Origin: a virus | Lineage: Duplodnaviria; Caudoviricetes | DNA length: 64,000 bases | Virus record (IMG/VR): IMGVR_UViG_3300025011_000016 | Direction: 5' to 3' (one strand) | Shown here: piece by piece, positions 20,984 through 30,839 of the stretch | Layout: every line of letters starts with the position of its first letter | How positions within the stretch are numbered: the first letter of the stretch is position 1 | Translations under genes and position numbers: made by a program | The notes under the pieces: generated by a model | What the model was told of the DNA's origin: nothing | The model's input: the letters and a program-made list of their open reading frames with translations, nothing else | The model's database searches: none

Positions 20984-22252
20984 TTAAGCCTCATGATTAG
21001 ATACTAACTCGAATAACTCTCTAAAATCTACCATATTATGAAATACCTTTATTGTCATGTAATTAAGCATCCACGAGAAAATCCGCCTACTATTGTCATT
21101 CTTATTGAAATCGAGATAATATTCATTAATAAATTTTTCAGAACTCTCTATATCATCTTCAAGAGTTTTTCTTAATCTGGGATTTAAATCAGGATCTTTT
21201 AAATCCCTCTTTAGTTTATCTAATTGAGAATTTATTCTAACGGCGTCCTGTGGATGAGGATCGGCGATAGCCGTTAACATTCCCAAGGTTACATTAAGCA
21301 GATCATAACCCCAGTTTAATAGGGGAATTTTGTATATAATTTGATCGGAAATAAGGTTTTCTCGTTTATGTAGTTTATTTTGGAAGCTCATCATGGCTGG
21401 ACCATATCCATATGTGGAAGCAAAACTATCTGAGTATTTTTCTCCAGCATAACCAAATATATTTCTTGAATTTAAAGCACCCAACACTATAAGTTCGGGA
21501 CCTTTAATTACATTAATAAAACTCTTAACTTTAAAATACGCCATAATATTTAAATAACCTTCCCAAAAAGTTGTAGCTGCTCTAAGTAATCCAGGAAATT
21601 TATTTATCAATAATGACTCGACTAATTTTATCGTATTTGTATATTTACCCCCTAAATTAAACACATCATATATTCCTAAAACCATAAGTGTGTTTATAAT
21701 ATATACAGGACCATTTTTTATAAATTCTGGGACTAACATAATATCTAGTGGTAATTTAGACAGGAGTGTGAACATTGATATATCCATATTATGACCTATT
21801 TCATGAAGTATGACTGCCATAATTTCTTCTGCTGTTAAATCAGCGTATAATACTAACAGTATATCTATATTCACACCCACGTGCATAGTAGATACATCTG
21901 TAGATCCCGTATTATCTCGATGAAAGAAATTAAAAGCTCTTGGTATAGTAAATGCATTAAACGGGGTTGTTAATAATACAGGCTTCATAGGATAATAGAA
22001 ACATAAATAGAATTCACCAAATCCAAATTTCTGTTTAAATAACTTCTCTATAAGAATAACACTATCATTCTTATTCAGATCAGTTATTTTTATTGGGGTA
22101 TTAATTTTTTCTTTTAAATCGGAAAATTTGGGATTATCTTTTCGTATTATTTGTATTATTTTATCCAGTTCTTTTTCTATAATAAGAAATTCTTTAGGTT
22201 TACCATAATATGCTTCGGTAACAGGTTTCATAAATGATGTTAATATGCCCAC
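20984..22252 (-). CDS. HExxH zinc-metalloprotease-like protein, probably virion-associated
   Basis: AVILHEIGH..EKYSDSFA, with an AACA-N6-TA motif upstream on the minus strand. Confidence 0.55.
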   Translation of the reverse strand: MGILTSFMKPVTEAYYGKPKEFLIIEKELDKIIQIIRKDNPKFSDLKEKINTPIKITDLNKNDSVILIEKLFKQKFGFGEFYLCFYYPMKPVLLTTPFNAFTIPRAFNFFHRDNTGSTDVSTMHVGVNIDILLVLYADLTAEEIMAVILHEIGHNMDISMFTLLSKLPLDIMLVPEFIKNGPVYIINTLMVLGIYDVFNLGGKYTNTIKLVESLLINKFPGLLRAATTFWEGYLNIMAYFKVKSFINVIKGPELIVLGALNSRNIFGYAGEKYSDSFASTYGYGPAMMSFQNKLHKRENLISDQIIYKIPLLNWGYDLLNVTLGMLTAIADPHPQDAVRINSQLDKLKRDLKDPDLNPRLRKTLEDDIESSEKFINEYYLDFNKNDNSRRIFSWMLNYMTIKVFHNMVDFRELFELVSNHEA

Positions 22253-22283
22253 GATAAATCACTTCCTTCTATATATTCGATAT

Positions 22284-22310
22284 TAAACTATTGTTTAAAA
22301 CAATCATTTA
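22284..22310. promoter_or_regulatory. Back-to-back divergent late-type promoters (AACA-N6-TA on both strands)
   Basis: TA-aactat-TGTT-taa-AACA-atcatt-TA between divergent genes. Confidence 0.6.
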
Positions 22311-22342
22311 AATAGATAATGTTGATAGGTAGGTGTATTTAT

Positions 22343-23506
22343 ATGGCTAAAGATGACAGTGTTTTATTAGATGAGTTATATCCTTTAGTTGAAAAGGGTT
22401 TATCTAAAAAGGAAAATAGTATGAAGATAAAGAAAGCTGTTGGTGAGTTCTTAGATAGAAATTCTGAGAAATTAACTACTATTGGCCCGATCCATCAAAT
22501 GATGTTTACAGATGAAGATATGAAAAAACTATACGATGCTATCGAAGTTCCACCTGAGCAGATAAAAGAGATAATTAAGAAATCTCCATATATACAAACT
22601 CAGTGGAAGATTATGAATAATCCATTTAATTCAGCTTGTGTATTAGCACTCAGATTTTATAAATTACATAAGAATGATGAAATGGTTAATTCAGTCTTAA
22701 TATATCTAACTATGTCTATGTATCCATCATTATTTCATAAATACTTTCAGTTTGAACCCAATGAAAACATAATGAATTATACTATTAATAGCTTATCTAA
22801 TAAATTTAAAATTAAACAAACTGGTACTATATATGGGGCATTAATAGATACTGTTAGAGTGAATGATACAAAATATGGAGATGAGGTATTACATGGGACT
22901 GATAAAGAATTAGTAGATTATATTAACTCTATTAAAACTCGTTTGAATAGTTTATTAAAACATATCTCTATTGAGTTTTATAAGAATCATGAAAATAAAA
23001 ATTATATGAATTCAGACTCTGATAATTTAGAAGAAGAAAACTATCATGAAGCTGACAGTAATTTATATGCAATTGAAAGGATAACTAATAATGTAGTTCT
23101 TAAATTAACAGTAGAAGGGCCTAATATTAAATTGATCAATATGGCTGCTGAATTATCACAAGTTAGTAGAAATGAATTAAGGAATTATGTAAATTCAATG
23201 GTCTTAAATAATAATAGAGATGATATCAAAATTATAGTAGAGAGTATATTATTCTTATTTTTATTTGATTCACAAAATCAAATTCAAGAATTAAGTAGTA
23301 ATAAATTTCTATTGTATTGTAGAGAGATGTATCGAAAGTCTAATACAAATGATGAAAACATAATAAAGATAAAGAAGATATTAGACTCATGGTTAACTGA
23401 CTTAGGAACATATAAAAAGACCCAAAGATTAGCTACTATTAACTCATTTAGAAAAGCTTTATTTATGTTTTTTGTTATAAGTATCCAGAATGCAAATGTA
23501 GTTTAA
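22343..23506 (+). CDS. Hypothetical protein (jumbo-phage type)
   Basis: Long clean ORF. ATG 22343 follows AGGTG. Confidence 0.65.
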   Translation: MAKDDSVLLDELYPLVEKGLSKKENSMKIKKAVGEFLDRNSEKLTTIGPIHQMMFTDEDMKKLYDAIEVPPEQIKEIIKKSPYIQTQWKIMNNPFNSACVLALRFYKLHKNDEMVNSVLIYLTMSMYPSLFHKYFQFEPNENIMNYTINSLSNKFKIKQTGTIYGALIDTVRVNDTKYGDEVLHGTDKELVDYINSIKTRLNSLLKHISIEFYKNHENKNYMNSDSDNLEEENYHEADSNLYAIERITNNVVLKLTVEGPNIKLINMAAELSQVSRNELRNYVNSMVLNNNRDDIKIIVESILFLFLFDSQNQIQELSSNKFLLYCREMYRKSNTNDENIIKIKKILDSWLTDLGTYKKTQRLATINSFRKALFMFFVISIQNANVV

Positions 23507-23755
23507 AGATGATACGAATATGATTTAAATCATATTCGTATCATCTTTATCTTCCTCTATATAGACATCTTCACATTTTAAACCTCTAATTAACATACTC
23601 TCAAATATATCATCGGGAATTTCATTTACCAAGTATTTATTATATGAGTTGAGTTTACAACCGGCTTCTACATCTTTGACACCTATGAATTAGTTCATTC
23701 ATTAACATATCAGCTCCTTTATTTATATGTAAACACTTTTTTATAGTATAATGAA

Positions 23756-23767
23756 AACATTTTATTA
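23756..23767 (+). promoter_or_regulatory. Late-type promoter AACA-N6-TA upstream of the split RBS
   Basis: AACA-ttttat-TA. Implies a ~24-nt leader containing AAAGGAGG before the intron. Confidence 0.55.
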
Positions 23768-23790
23768 ATTGAGACATTATAAAGGAGGAT

Positions 23791-24381
23791 TCATATTGAG
23801 TCTCGTTGCATAGTAATATGTAATTGTAACTACTTTAATTGCGGGAAACTCCTTAGTGCTTAAAACACTTTTAAAGTAACAAAGTTTAAGATTGGACAAT
23901 CCGCAGCCAAAGTTATTATTTAATAACGAGGCTCAACGACTATCCCAATGGTACTAAAATGTACATTAGGAGTAGGGCTCAAGTGAGTGGGTGAGATTCC
24001 CTTAAATCGAAAAGGGTAGCCCCATTATTATAATGGGTGAAGATATAGTCTGTGCTTTAAGGAGACTTAGAGATATAACTTAACCGTAAGTAAGTCTTAA
24101 TAATTCATTCTTAATAAGATATTATTATAGTTATAACAAATAATATAAGAAGGGGGTGACGATAAATGTTTAAAACTTTTAAATACATCTGACTAAAAAA
24201 GCTATGTATTGACACGAAACTTATAAATAATGGCGATAACCAAGCCTATTAATAATATTTATAAGTTGTAAAAATCTTTATTAACTAGCGTAAATAGAGA
24301 TTTCGCCGTTGGTCGGACGGTTTAAAGAACCTTGACGGTTAAGTTATAAGTGGTATCTAACTAATACTACTAACACGACAG
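23791..24381 (+). mobile_element. Mini IStron-like element 2 (tnpB internally deleted) in the SD-AUG spacer
   Basis: Inserted after GGAT. P1 GGAT/GTCT, intact ribozyme core, tnpB remnant and same right end ...CTAACACGACAG. Confidence 0.88.
24166..24290 (+). pseudogene. tnpB: tnpB remnant (start MFKTFK and last codons only)
   Basis: Same RBS/leader as the full copies, then a stop after 8 codons. The 3' part aligns with ...ATTAATATTTATAAGT..AATCTTTATTAA of element 1. Confidence 0.75.
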
Positions 24382-24385
24382 GAAT

Positions 24386-26063
24386 ATGTCTATTACTAAA
24401 CAGGCTAGAAAACAAATGGAATTATTAATTTATTCAGTATTTACAGCTTTAGATCCAACTGGTTCTAATACTGCTAAATATAAAGAATTATTTGGTAAAA
24501 TGAATGATACTCAATTTGATAAATTCTTCAAAGATTTCTTTAAAGAGGAAGATGAGTATCTTATATTAGACGTTATTGATTATGAGTTAAATCTTCAAAT
24601 GGAAGATGTAGAAAGAGCTGCAAAGATTCTTGATGTACCTTTATTCGAAAAAGTTGCAATGCCATTTATTAACAACAATACAGAAAATCCTGTTGTTACT
24701 CAATATGAAGTTCCGGTTGGTTACATTAACTTGAAACGGGTTCAACAAATATTAGCTAAAAAAAATACTACATCTACAGAAATATCAACACGTTCTGCTA
24801 TAACAGGACAAGTTGTTGGTAAGGATAAAAATGCCAGAGATTCAGATCAGGAGAATTTTGCTCTTGTCACTTTAAATGCTACGAACACATTACGTGAGCT
24901 TTTGGGTTATGTTGCTTAGCCCCTATATACGGTAACGTATATAGCAAACTTCTTTAATTGCAGGAAATTCCTTAGAGCTTATTATATGAAGATTGGATAA
25001 TCTGCATCATATTTTCTAATGATTAAAATATTTTCTTACTAATAAATATACAATATTTTAAAGGATGTGAATTATAAAAATGTATATAGTCATTCGTAAA
25101 GATAGAGAAATATTTAAACTTGTAACATATCCTAAAGTCAAACCTGATACTTATGAAGTTAGTAATTATGGTAATATTAGAAATTTAAAAACTGGCAAAT
25201 TAGTAAAATTATTTCCCGATACAAAAGGTTATCCTTTTGCAAATCTTATGTATAAAAAATCCATTGCTCGTAGTGTTAATATCCATAGGTTGGTAGCGTG
25301 GGAATTTGTAGATGGATATGATATAGATCGAGGGAGAACTAATGTTAATCATCTGGACAGCGATCCTACTAATAATTATTATGAAAACCTTGAATGGGTT
25401 ACAACTAAAGAAAATAATCAACATGGTATTAAACATGGTAAGATTAGATTTGGTGCAGGTGGTAGTCTAAATTATAAAGCTAGATATAATGAAGAATTTT
25501 GTTCGTAAACTATGTCCATACATTGAAAAAGGACTCACTCAAATGGAAATAATGCATATTTACGGTTATAAAACAAGAAAAGAAAATAAAAGTTTATATT
25601 CTTTAATAGATGGAATTTACTGGGGTGTGTGGAGAGAGGTATCAAAAGAATTTAATATTAATATAAAACAAGAAAAATGTTCAACGACTATCCTTTAGAT
25701 GTGAAATTCATCATTAGGAGTAGGGCCTAAGTAGGTGGGTGAGACTCCCTTAAATCGAAATAAGAAGCATCTTATATAAGATGATGATATAGTCTTGTAT
25801 CCTATATAACTATAGGGAAGTTCATAAGAGAACTGCATAGATTAACGAACTATGTGAAAGTATCGCCCAGGAGTGATGACCTTGTGATGAAAAATCAAAT
25901 GTATGCTAGTATAGCTCAAAAAGGATATGTATCACTAGATGAACTACCGAACGATGTTGCCAATAAAACAACGCTGAATACAATTGATGTGCATCTTATT
26001 GGCTTAGGTATTAAAAGCGATTTAATCACTCAAGGATTATTAGTTAGAAAGACTATGAAATAA
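24386..26063 (+). CDS. RNA polymerase beta-subunit C-terminal fragment (~239 aa spliced; probably virion RNAP)
   Basis: Exons 24386-24907 and 25866-26063. VPVGYINLKR..ARDSDQENFAL..TLRELLG|PRSDD parallels bacterial RpoB VTVGYMYMLKL..RFGEMEVWAL..TLQEMLTVKSDD. Confidence 0.75.
24908..25865 (+). mobile_element. Group I intron with HNH endonuclease ORF in P6 region
   Basis: P1 GGGT/GCCC. Q motif lies before and R/S motifs after the ORF. Ends ...GTATCG. Confidence 0.88.
25080..25698 (+). pseudogene. Intron-encoded NUMOD4/HNH endonuclease, frameshifted
   Basis: HRLVAWEF..NHLDSDPTNNYYENLEW. One extra T in GAATTTTGTT (~25500) splits EEF|VRKLC into ORFs 25080..25508 and 25489..25698. Confidence 0.75.
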
Positions 26064-26104
26064 AAAAATAATAAGATGAGTTTAACTCATCTTATTATTT
26101 TTTC
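26063..26104. terminator. Perfect palindromic bidirectional terminator
   Basis: AAAAATAATAAGATGAGTT-t-AACTCATCTTATTATTTTT between convergent genes. Confidence 0.7.
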
Positions 26105-26672
26105 AATATGTTATTATACCTCTATTAGTACGAAACCATCCAAAATCAGTTTTTTCCATGGGATGTATAATAAAACCCTTATTATTGAGCTTCTGAAAAT
26201 ATTTCAAGTAATCAGGCTCATTATCACCAATTAATAATTTATTTAACAAAGCTGAAGCTTCTTCCTCTAATGAACCCGGACGGAGCTCTATAAAAATATA
26301 ACCCATGCGTACTTCAGATTTGATAGGCGTGGTACCTTTATGTATTAGATTGAGGATATTTACTAATGTAATGAAATTCATTTCTGATGTGCAGTGTAAT
26401 TCAGTCGAGAACCTTGATGTAATATTTGATAATTTCTTAACGCCGCTCTTAATGAGATAATCAATAGCTTCAAAATCAATTATGCCGTCCAAGGGTTTAT
26501 TTTCATCGAAGGTTACTTGTAAACAATCCAATTCATTTATAGTGCTAACACTATCCTTCCCCTCAATAATACAACCCACGACAGGATTATATCCTCTGAT
26601 TTTAAAGACCCTTCCATTTGGTAATTTGAAATATACATTTTTATCAAACATCACTATATCACTCCGATTCAT
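26103..26672 (-). CDS. Hypothetical protein
   Basis: Clean ORF in an operon with the upstream HExxH gene. Confidence 0.6.
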   Translation of the reverse strand: MNRSDIVMFDKNVYFKLPNGRVFKIRGYNPVVGCIIEGKDSVSTINELDCLQVTFDENKPLDGIIDFEAIDYLIKSGVKKLSNITSRFSTELHCTSEMNFITLVNILNLIHKGTTPIKSEVRMGYIFIELRPGSLEEEASALLNKLLIGDNEPDYLKYFQKLNNKGFIIHPMEKTDFGWFRTNRGIITY

Positions 26673-26675
26673 TTA

Positions 26676-27167
26676 TTACATTGATTTTAAAACATCTAGT
26701 CGTTTTATCAATTCAGTATTTTTAGGTAATTGAGTAACTATGTATTCTAACCCATGTATGGATTTTTCAATACCAATATTATTAACAGCATATGTATCAG
26801 CATCCAATTCTTTTTGATCAACTTGTTGAAATTTAGCTTTAAATGGACGCAGGAATGCATTCCATTGAGTTAATTGTTTACCTTCAAAATGACCACATTT
26901 AAAATGACCAATTTCATGAGCCAGTATAAATATTCGAGTATCTTCATCAGCATTCATATATAGTTGATCGACATATATTATTAAATCATTTAAACAGGTT
27001 TGGACTAAGGCAAATTTTATATTTTTAAAATTAAGTAGAGCCTCATCTAGAGCAACCGATATGTTTATACCATCATAAACAAATTGACTTAATAATGGGA
27101 CGGGTCGTTGTTTACCACATATTTCACCGAATATTAATTTAACATTACTAATAAAAGTTTTTAACAT
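26676..27167 (-). CDS. HExxH metallopeptidase-like protein (M48/ImmA-like)
   Basis: FILAHEIGH..ELDADTYA, with TATATATTAT at 27205-27214 (minus strand). Confidence 0.65.
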   Translation of the reverse strand: MLKTFISNVKLIFGEICGKQRPVPLLSQFVYDGINISVALDEALLNFKNIKFALVQTCLNDLIIYVDQLYMNADEDTRIFILAHEIGHFKCGHFEGKQLTQWNAFLRPFKAKFQQVDQKELDADTYAVNNIGIEKSIHGLEYIVTQLPKNTELIKRLDVLKSM

Positions 27168-27297
27168 TTGTCAAAACACCTTTCATTTTATTATACCTAC
27201 TATTATAATATATATTTATTTTATCACATATTACTAATATTGAATATTATTAGTATTGGAACATAGAAATAATTAAATTAAAGGAGTTGAGGTTATT

Positions 27298-27468
27298 ATG
27301 AATAATGAAGACACTGAATTATATGTAGTTACTGAAGTAGGAACTTTCGGGGAATTGAATATTGATGATCCTACCAAGAAAAAACTAAAAAGAAAAGACG
27401 AAGATATCATGTCAGTTATAAAAGAAGCCACTGAAATTAACCTTAGTAATATTATACCACAAAGATAA
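27298..27468 (+). CDS. Small hypothetical protein (56 aa)
   Basis: Read manually. RBS AAAGGAG and AACA-N6-TA at 27260-27271. Confidence 0.5.
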   Translation: MNNEDTELYVVTEVGTFGELNIDDPTKKKLKRKDEDIMSVIKEATEINLSNIIPQR

Positions 27469-27594
27469 CTTATTGAATGTATATAAGAAGATATTAATAT
27501 CTTCTTATATACATTTTAAGTTTTACTAAAAGTTAATTATCAATATAAATATATATTATCATGGTATAGATCAAGCCTATTAATATATTAAGGA

Positions 27595-28740
27595 GTGATA
27601 ATATTGCTAAAGTTATGTATTATTGGATTGGGTAATTGTGGTAATCAAATCGCTGAATTAGCAAAGAAAGAGAAGAATATTCCGGGTATCGCTATTAATA
27701 GTTCTGAAAAAGATCTTACTACTATCAATACTGTTGATAAGATCCTAATAGGCGATATGATGGGTAGTGGTAAAGATCGGAATGAAGCTAAACGCTTCAT
27801 AACTCAAAATATTCAGTTGATACTTCAACAAGAAGTATTTAAAAAGCTGATAGAAGAAAGTAACGTGATATTCATAGCTTCTTCTACTAGTGGCGGAACT
27901 GGCTCTGGTATGACACCGATCTTAACTGAAATACTTACGAAAATTTACCATGGGAAAAGATTCGTTGTCATTCATGTTTATCCGGCAATTAGTGAGTCTG
28001 TTGCGGCTCAACAAAACTCACTGGACTATTTAAAAGAGTTGAGACAATTTATTCCCAATATTACCTATATGGCTTATGATAATCATCGTAGGTCAAATGA
28101 GCCGACTGACAGAATGATGACTGAAATCAACATGCAAGTGGTTAATGACATTTGTGTGATCCGTGGAGATTATCAATACTCAACTCAATATAGTTCAATT
28201 GATGAAAAGGATATGCTTAAGTTAATTGAAACTCCAGGCCGGTTGTTGATAACAACTGTAAATGGTTTAAAGGAAAAAGATCTTGATGAAAAATCTGTTG
28301 AGGATATCTTAATATTTGATATCAAGAACACTTCAGTAGCAGTGGAAATTGAGCGTGACCGACTTATAAAAAGAATAGGTCTGATCACGAACTTAAATGA
28401 TAAAATCCATAAAGCATTCAATACTAAGTTAATTATCTTCAAAGAATTTATCGGTGAGCCGGTAGAAGGATTCGAACATATCCATATCAATAAAGGCCCA
28501 GATGAATCTAATCAAATTATTGTAATAATGTCTGGCTTATCAGTTCCAGACGATCGTATTCAGAAAATGATTCAAAGGATTGAAGAAGTTCGATCGGAGT
28601 TAATGAAAGTTCAAGGATCATCTATCCTCGATTCCATAAAAACCGAGGATATTGATATATTACGAGAAAACTCTGGACGGTTTGATCCAGAGAGTCAAAT
28701 TAACCTGACTGACGTTATGGCAAAATATCTTAAGCGTTAA
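27595..28740 (+). CDS. tubZ: Tubulin/FtsZ-family GTPase (TubZ/PhuZ-like)
   Basis: GLGNCGNQIA, GSGKDR and tubulin signature STSGGTGSG. Confidence 0.88.
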   Translation: MIILLKLCIIGLGNCGNQIAELAKKEKNIPGIAINSSEKDLTTINTVDKILIGDMMGSGKDRNEAKRFITQNIQLILQQEVFKKLIEESNVIFIASSTSGGTGSGMTPILTEILTKIYHGKRFVVIHVYPAISESVAAQQNSLDYLKELRQFIPNITYMAYDNHRRSNEPTDRMMTEINMQVVNDICVIRGDYQYSTQYSSIDEKDMLKLIETPGRLLITTVNGLKEKDLDEKSVEDILIFDIKNTSVAVEIERDRLIKRIGLITNLNDKIHKAFNTKLIIFKEFIGEPVEGFEHIHINKGPDESNQIIVIMSGLSVPDDRIQKMIQRIEEVRSELMKVQGSSILDSIKTEDIDILRENSGRFDPESQINLTDVMAKYLKR

Positions 28741-28834
28741 AACATTCAAATGATATCTTTATGAGGTGTAGTAATAAAATACATTTCATATAACAAAAAA
28801 GTAATCGTATAAAAATTAAGGAGGATTTATTGAG

Positions 28835-29704
28835 ATGAGTTTTAAAGATGTTTTGGAAGCAAAGATGCGTAAAATGAGCAAGGGTGAAAAAGTTGAGTTG
28901 CTGAGCGATAATGCGTCGGCCATTGTCAGCTTCTACATTAAGAAGGCATACCGAGAGCAGGATAATGTGACGGCATTGTTTGACAAAATGGAAGATGATC
29001 GGGAGAAGTTCGCTCCCACATTGATAAAAATGTTAAAGGAAGCTAAGAAAGAGGAACGGGATATTGATCTCGGCCTTGCCAGTGTTATCGGGGATTTCCT
29101 GGAGAAACGTAGCCCGAAATTAACTCAAGAAAACATTGATCTTTATGCCGATGCAGTTGATCAAATTCTAAAAGGCCGGGTAAAGAAAGTCAATAAGAAA
29201 CTTCAATTAGACAAAGGACTTATTAAGGAATTACTGGTAATTGTCCCAGATAAAGACTATGTATCCGATGTCAAATATATCGGCAACTATGTCGGCAGAA
29301 TTCTACGAAAACTATACTACATTACCAAAGATGATGAAATCGGTATCACTACCGTTAAAACTTTAACGAAACTCTTTAAGGAATTATTTGACGAGGAAAT
29401 GTTACCGGCCATCGCGACCGCTATTCTTCTCGAACGGAAATCCAGTATGGGTAATTTTAATGATAAACAAATCGCCATCTGGAATCTGTTAACAGATACT
29501 GCTTTGACAATCTACAATAAACTCGATAAAGATGTTCTTATCGATCAGATTGAGAATTATGTTAAGCGACGAGTATGGGATGCTGAAAAAGGAAAAGACT
29601 TTGCCCGCCGCATTCAACTGGATCAATTACCGGAAGATTATGACAAAATTTCCAAAGTTGTCAAGAAGCTTTCTTCCAAAGAAAAGACTAAGAAATATCT
29701 ATAG
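28835..29704 (+). CDS. Hypothetical helical protein
   Basis: Strong RBS AAGGAGG, visibly higher GC codon usage and AACA-N6-TA at 28792-28803. Confidence 0.65.
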   Translation: MSFKDVLEAKMRKMSKGEKVELLSDNASAIVSFYIKKAYREQDNVTALFDKMEDDREKFAPTLIKMLKEAKKEERDIDLGLASVIGDFLEKRSPKLTQENIDLYADAVDQILKGRVKKVNKKLQLDKGLIKELLVIVPDKDYVSDVKYIGNYVGRILRKLYYITKDDEIGITTVKTLTKLFKELFDEEMLPAIATAILLERKSSMGNFNDKQIAIWNLLTDTALTIYNKLDKDVLIDQIENYVKRRVWDAEKGKDFARRIQLDQLPEDYDKISKVVKKLSSKEKTKKYL

Positions 29705-29841
29705 ATATATTTAAAGAATGGGAAAGAATTCTCATATATATTCTTTCCCATATCTTTTTAATTTGACGGTCATAATTCCAAAATTTGACTGTTATATGTA
29801 AGTAAAAGAGAGAAAAAAATAAGAAGTGGGGAGAGATTAAT

Positions 29842-30717
29842 ATGATTTTAATGTATAATGAAACCAGAACTCCTTGGGTTGTAAAAGTTATCAACGATAA
29901 GGCTATTTGTTTAACTAAGGTTAAATCCTATACCCGAGGCGAGGAAATCGTTAAGCGCAGCGCACATATTTTCAGTTACAGTAATATCTTCGATGTTCCT
30001 GAAGGTGTTAGCATGGAAGACATAACGAAGAAATTCGTCAATATGAATGACGTGAAAATACTCATGGGGAAATCTTCTTCTGTTACTTTCAGTAAGAAGG
30101 ATTTCAATCCTTTCATTACGGCAAGTGACTATCTGCTCAAAGACATCTGTTTAATTTCTATCGACCTAAAAGGCCGTAAAATTATCAACGTCTCACATGA
30201 AGACATTTTCATTTTGGAGAATTTCATCCTCGGTGGCGAACTGACTATGATTGCATCTCTAAATGCATTCGACAGTGCTCTCAAAATTAAGTTATGGGAT
30301 TCTGAAACTAATACTGTTAACGTATACACCTTTACTTGTGAAGGTGTAGTACCTTGTCTAGTATGTAGTGAAGAAGTCCCACTCGGTAATGAAGAGGAGT
30401 ATGTGTTATATCTAAGAAAATTCAGACCGGGTAGACCGACTCACACCATTTTAGCTCTTGAAAAGGATCTAGCGAAGGTTAACAAAGCCGTTGACCCTGA
30501 ACGCTATAATATTATTACCATAACGGCGGATAATACCGACGAGATTCTTAAACCACTTATATTGGATAACCATAAAGCCATTACGCTGTTTACCGGCAAG
30601 CAACTTACAAAACATAGCGATATTCGCTATAGGGAACTAGCCAATATCCTTTTCACCAATTTCAATTTATTCTATGAGCTGTTTGACAACGGCAAGGTAT
30701 TCAAATCTAAAATCTGA
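29842..30717 (+). CDS. Hypothetical protein
   Basis: Clean ORF with terminators on both sides. Confidence 0.65.
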   Translation: MILMYNETRTPWVVKVINDKAICLTKVKSYTRGEEIVKRSAHIFSYSNIFDVPEGVSMEDITKKFVNMNDVKILMGKSSSVTFSKKDFNPFITASDYLLKDICLISIDLKGRKIINVSHEDIFILENFILGGELTMIASLNAFDSALKIKLWDSETNTVNVYTFTCEGVVPCLVCSEEVPLGNEEEYVLYLRKFRPGRPTHTILALEKDLAKVNKAVDPERYNIITITADNTDEILKPLILDNHKAITLFTGKQLTKHSDIRYRELANILFTNFNLFYELFDNGKVFKSKI

Positions 30718-30839
30718 TAAATAAAAAATAGCTAACCTTATTGGTTAGCTATTTTTTTATATCTCCTATATATTTTTAAGTTTATATTATGTGTTAAACT
30801 ATCTATTAAAGGAATAAAAATAATAGGAGGAAAAAGAAA

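Noticed and set aside
23530-23715. Minus-strand small gene after RBS AAAGGAG
   Set aside because: Stops after 17 codons. A second frame continues ~50 codons, so it may be a frameshifted remnant, but the evidence is too weak to call.
23789-24388. ATG created across the splice junction (AT|G AAT ATG) as the true start
   Set aside because: It is in frame but directly abuts the GGAGG. ATG 24386 has the proper spacing.
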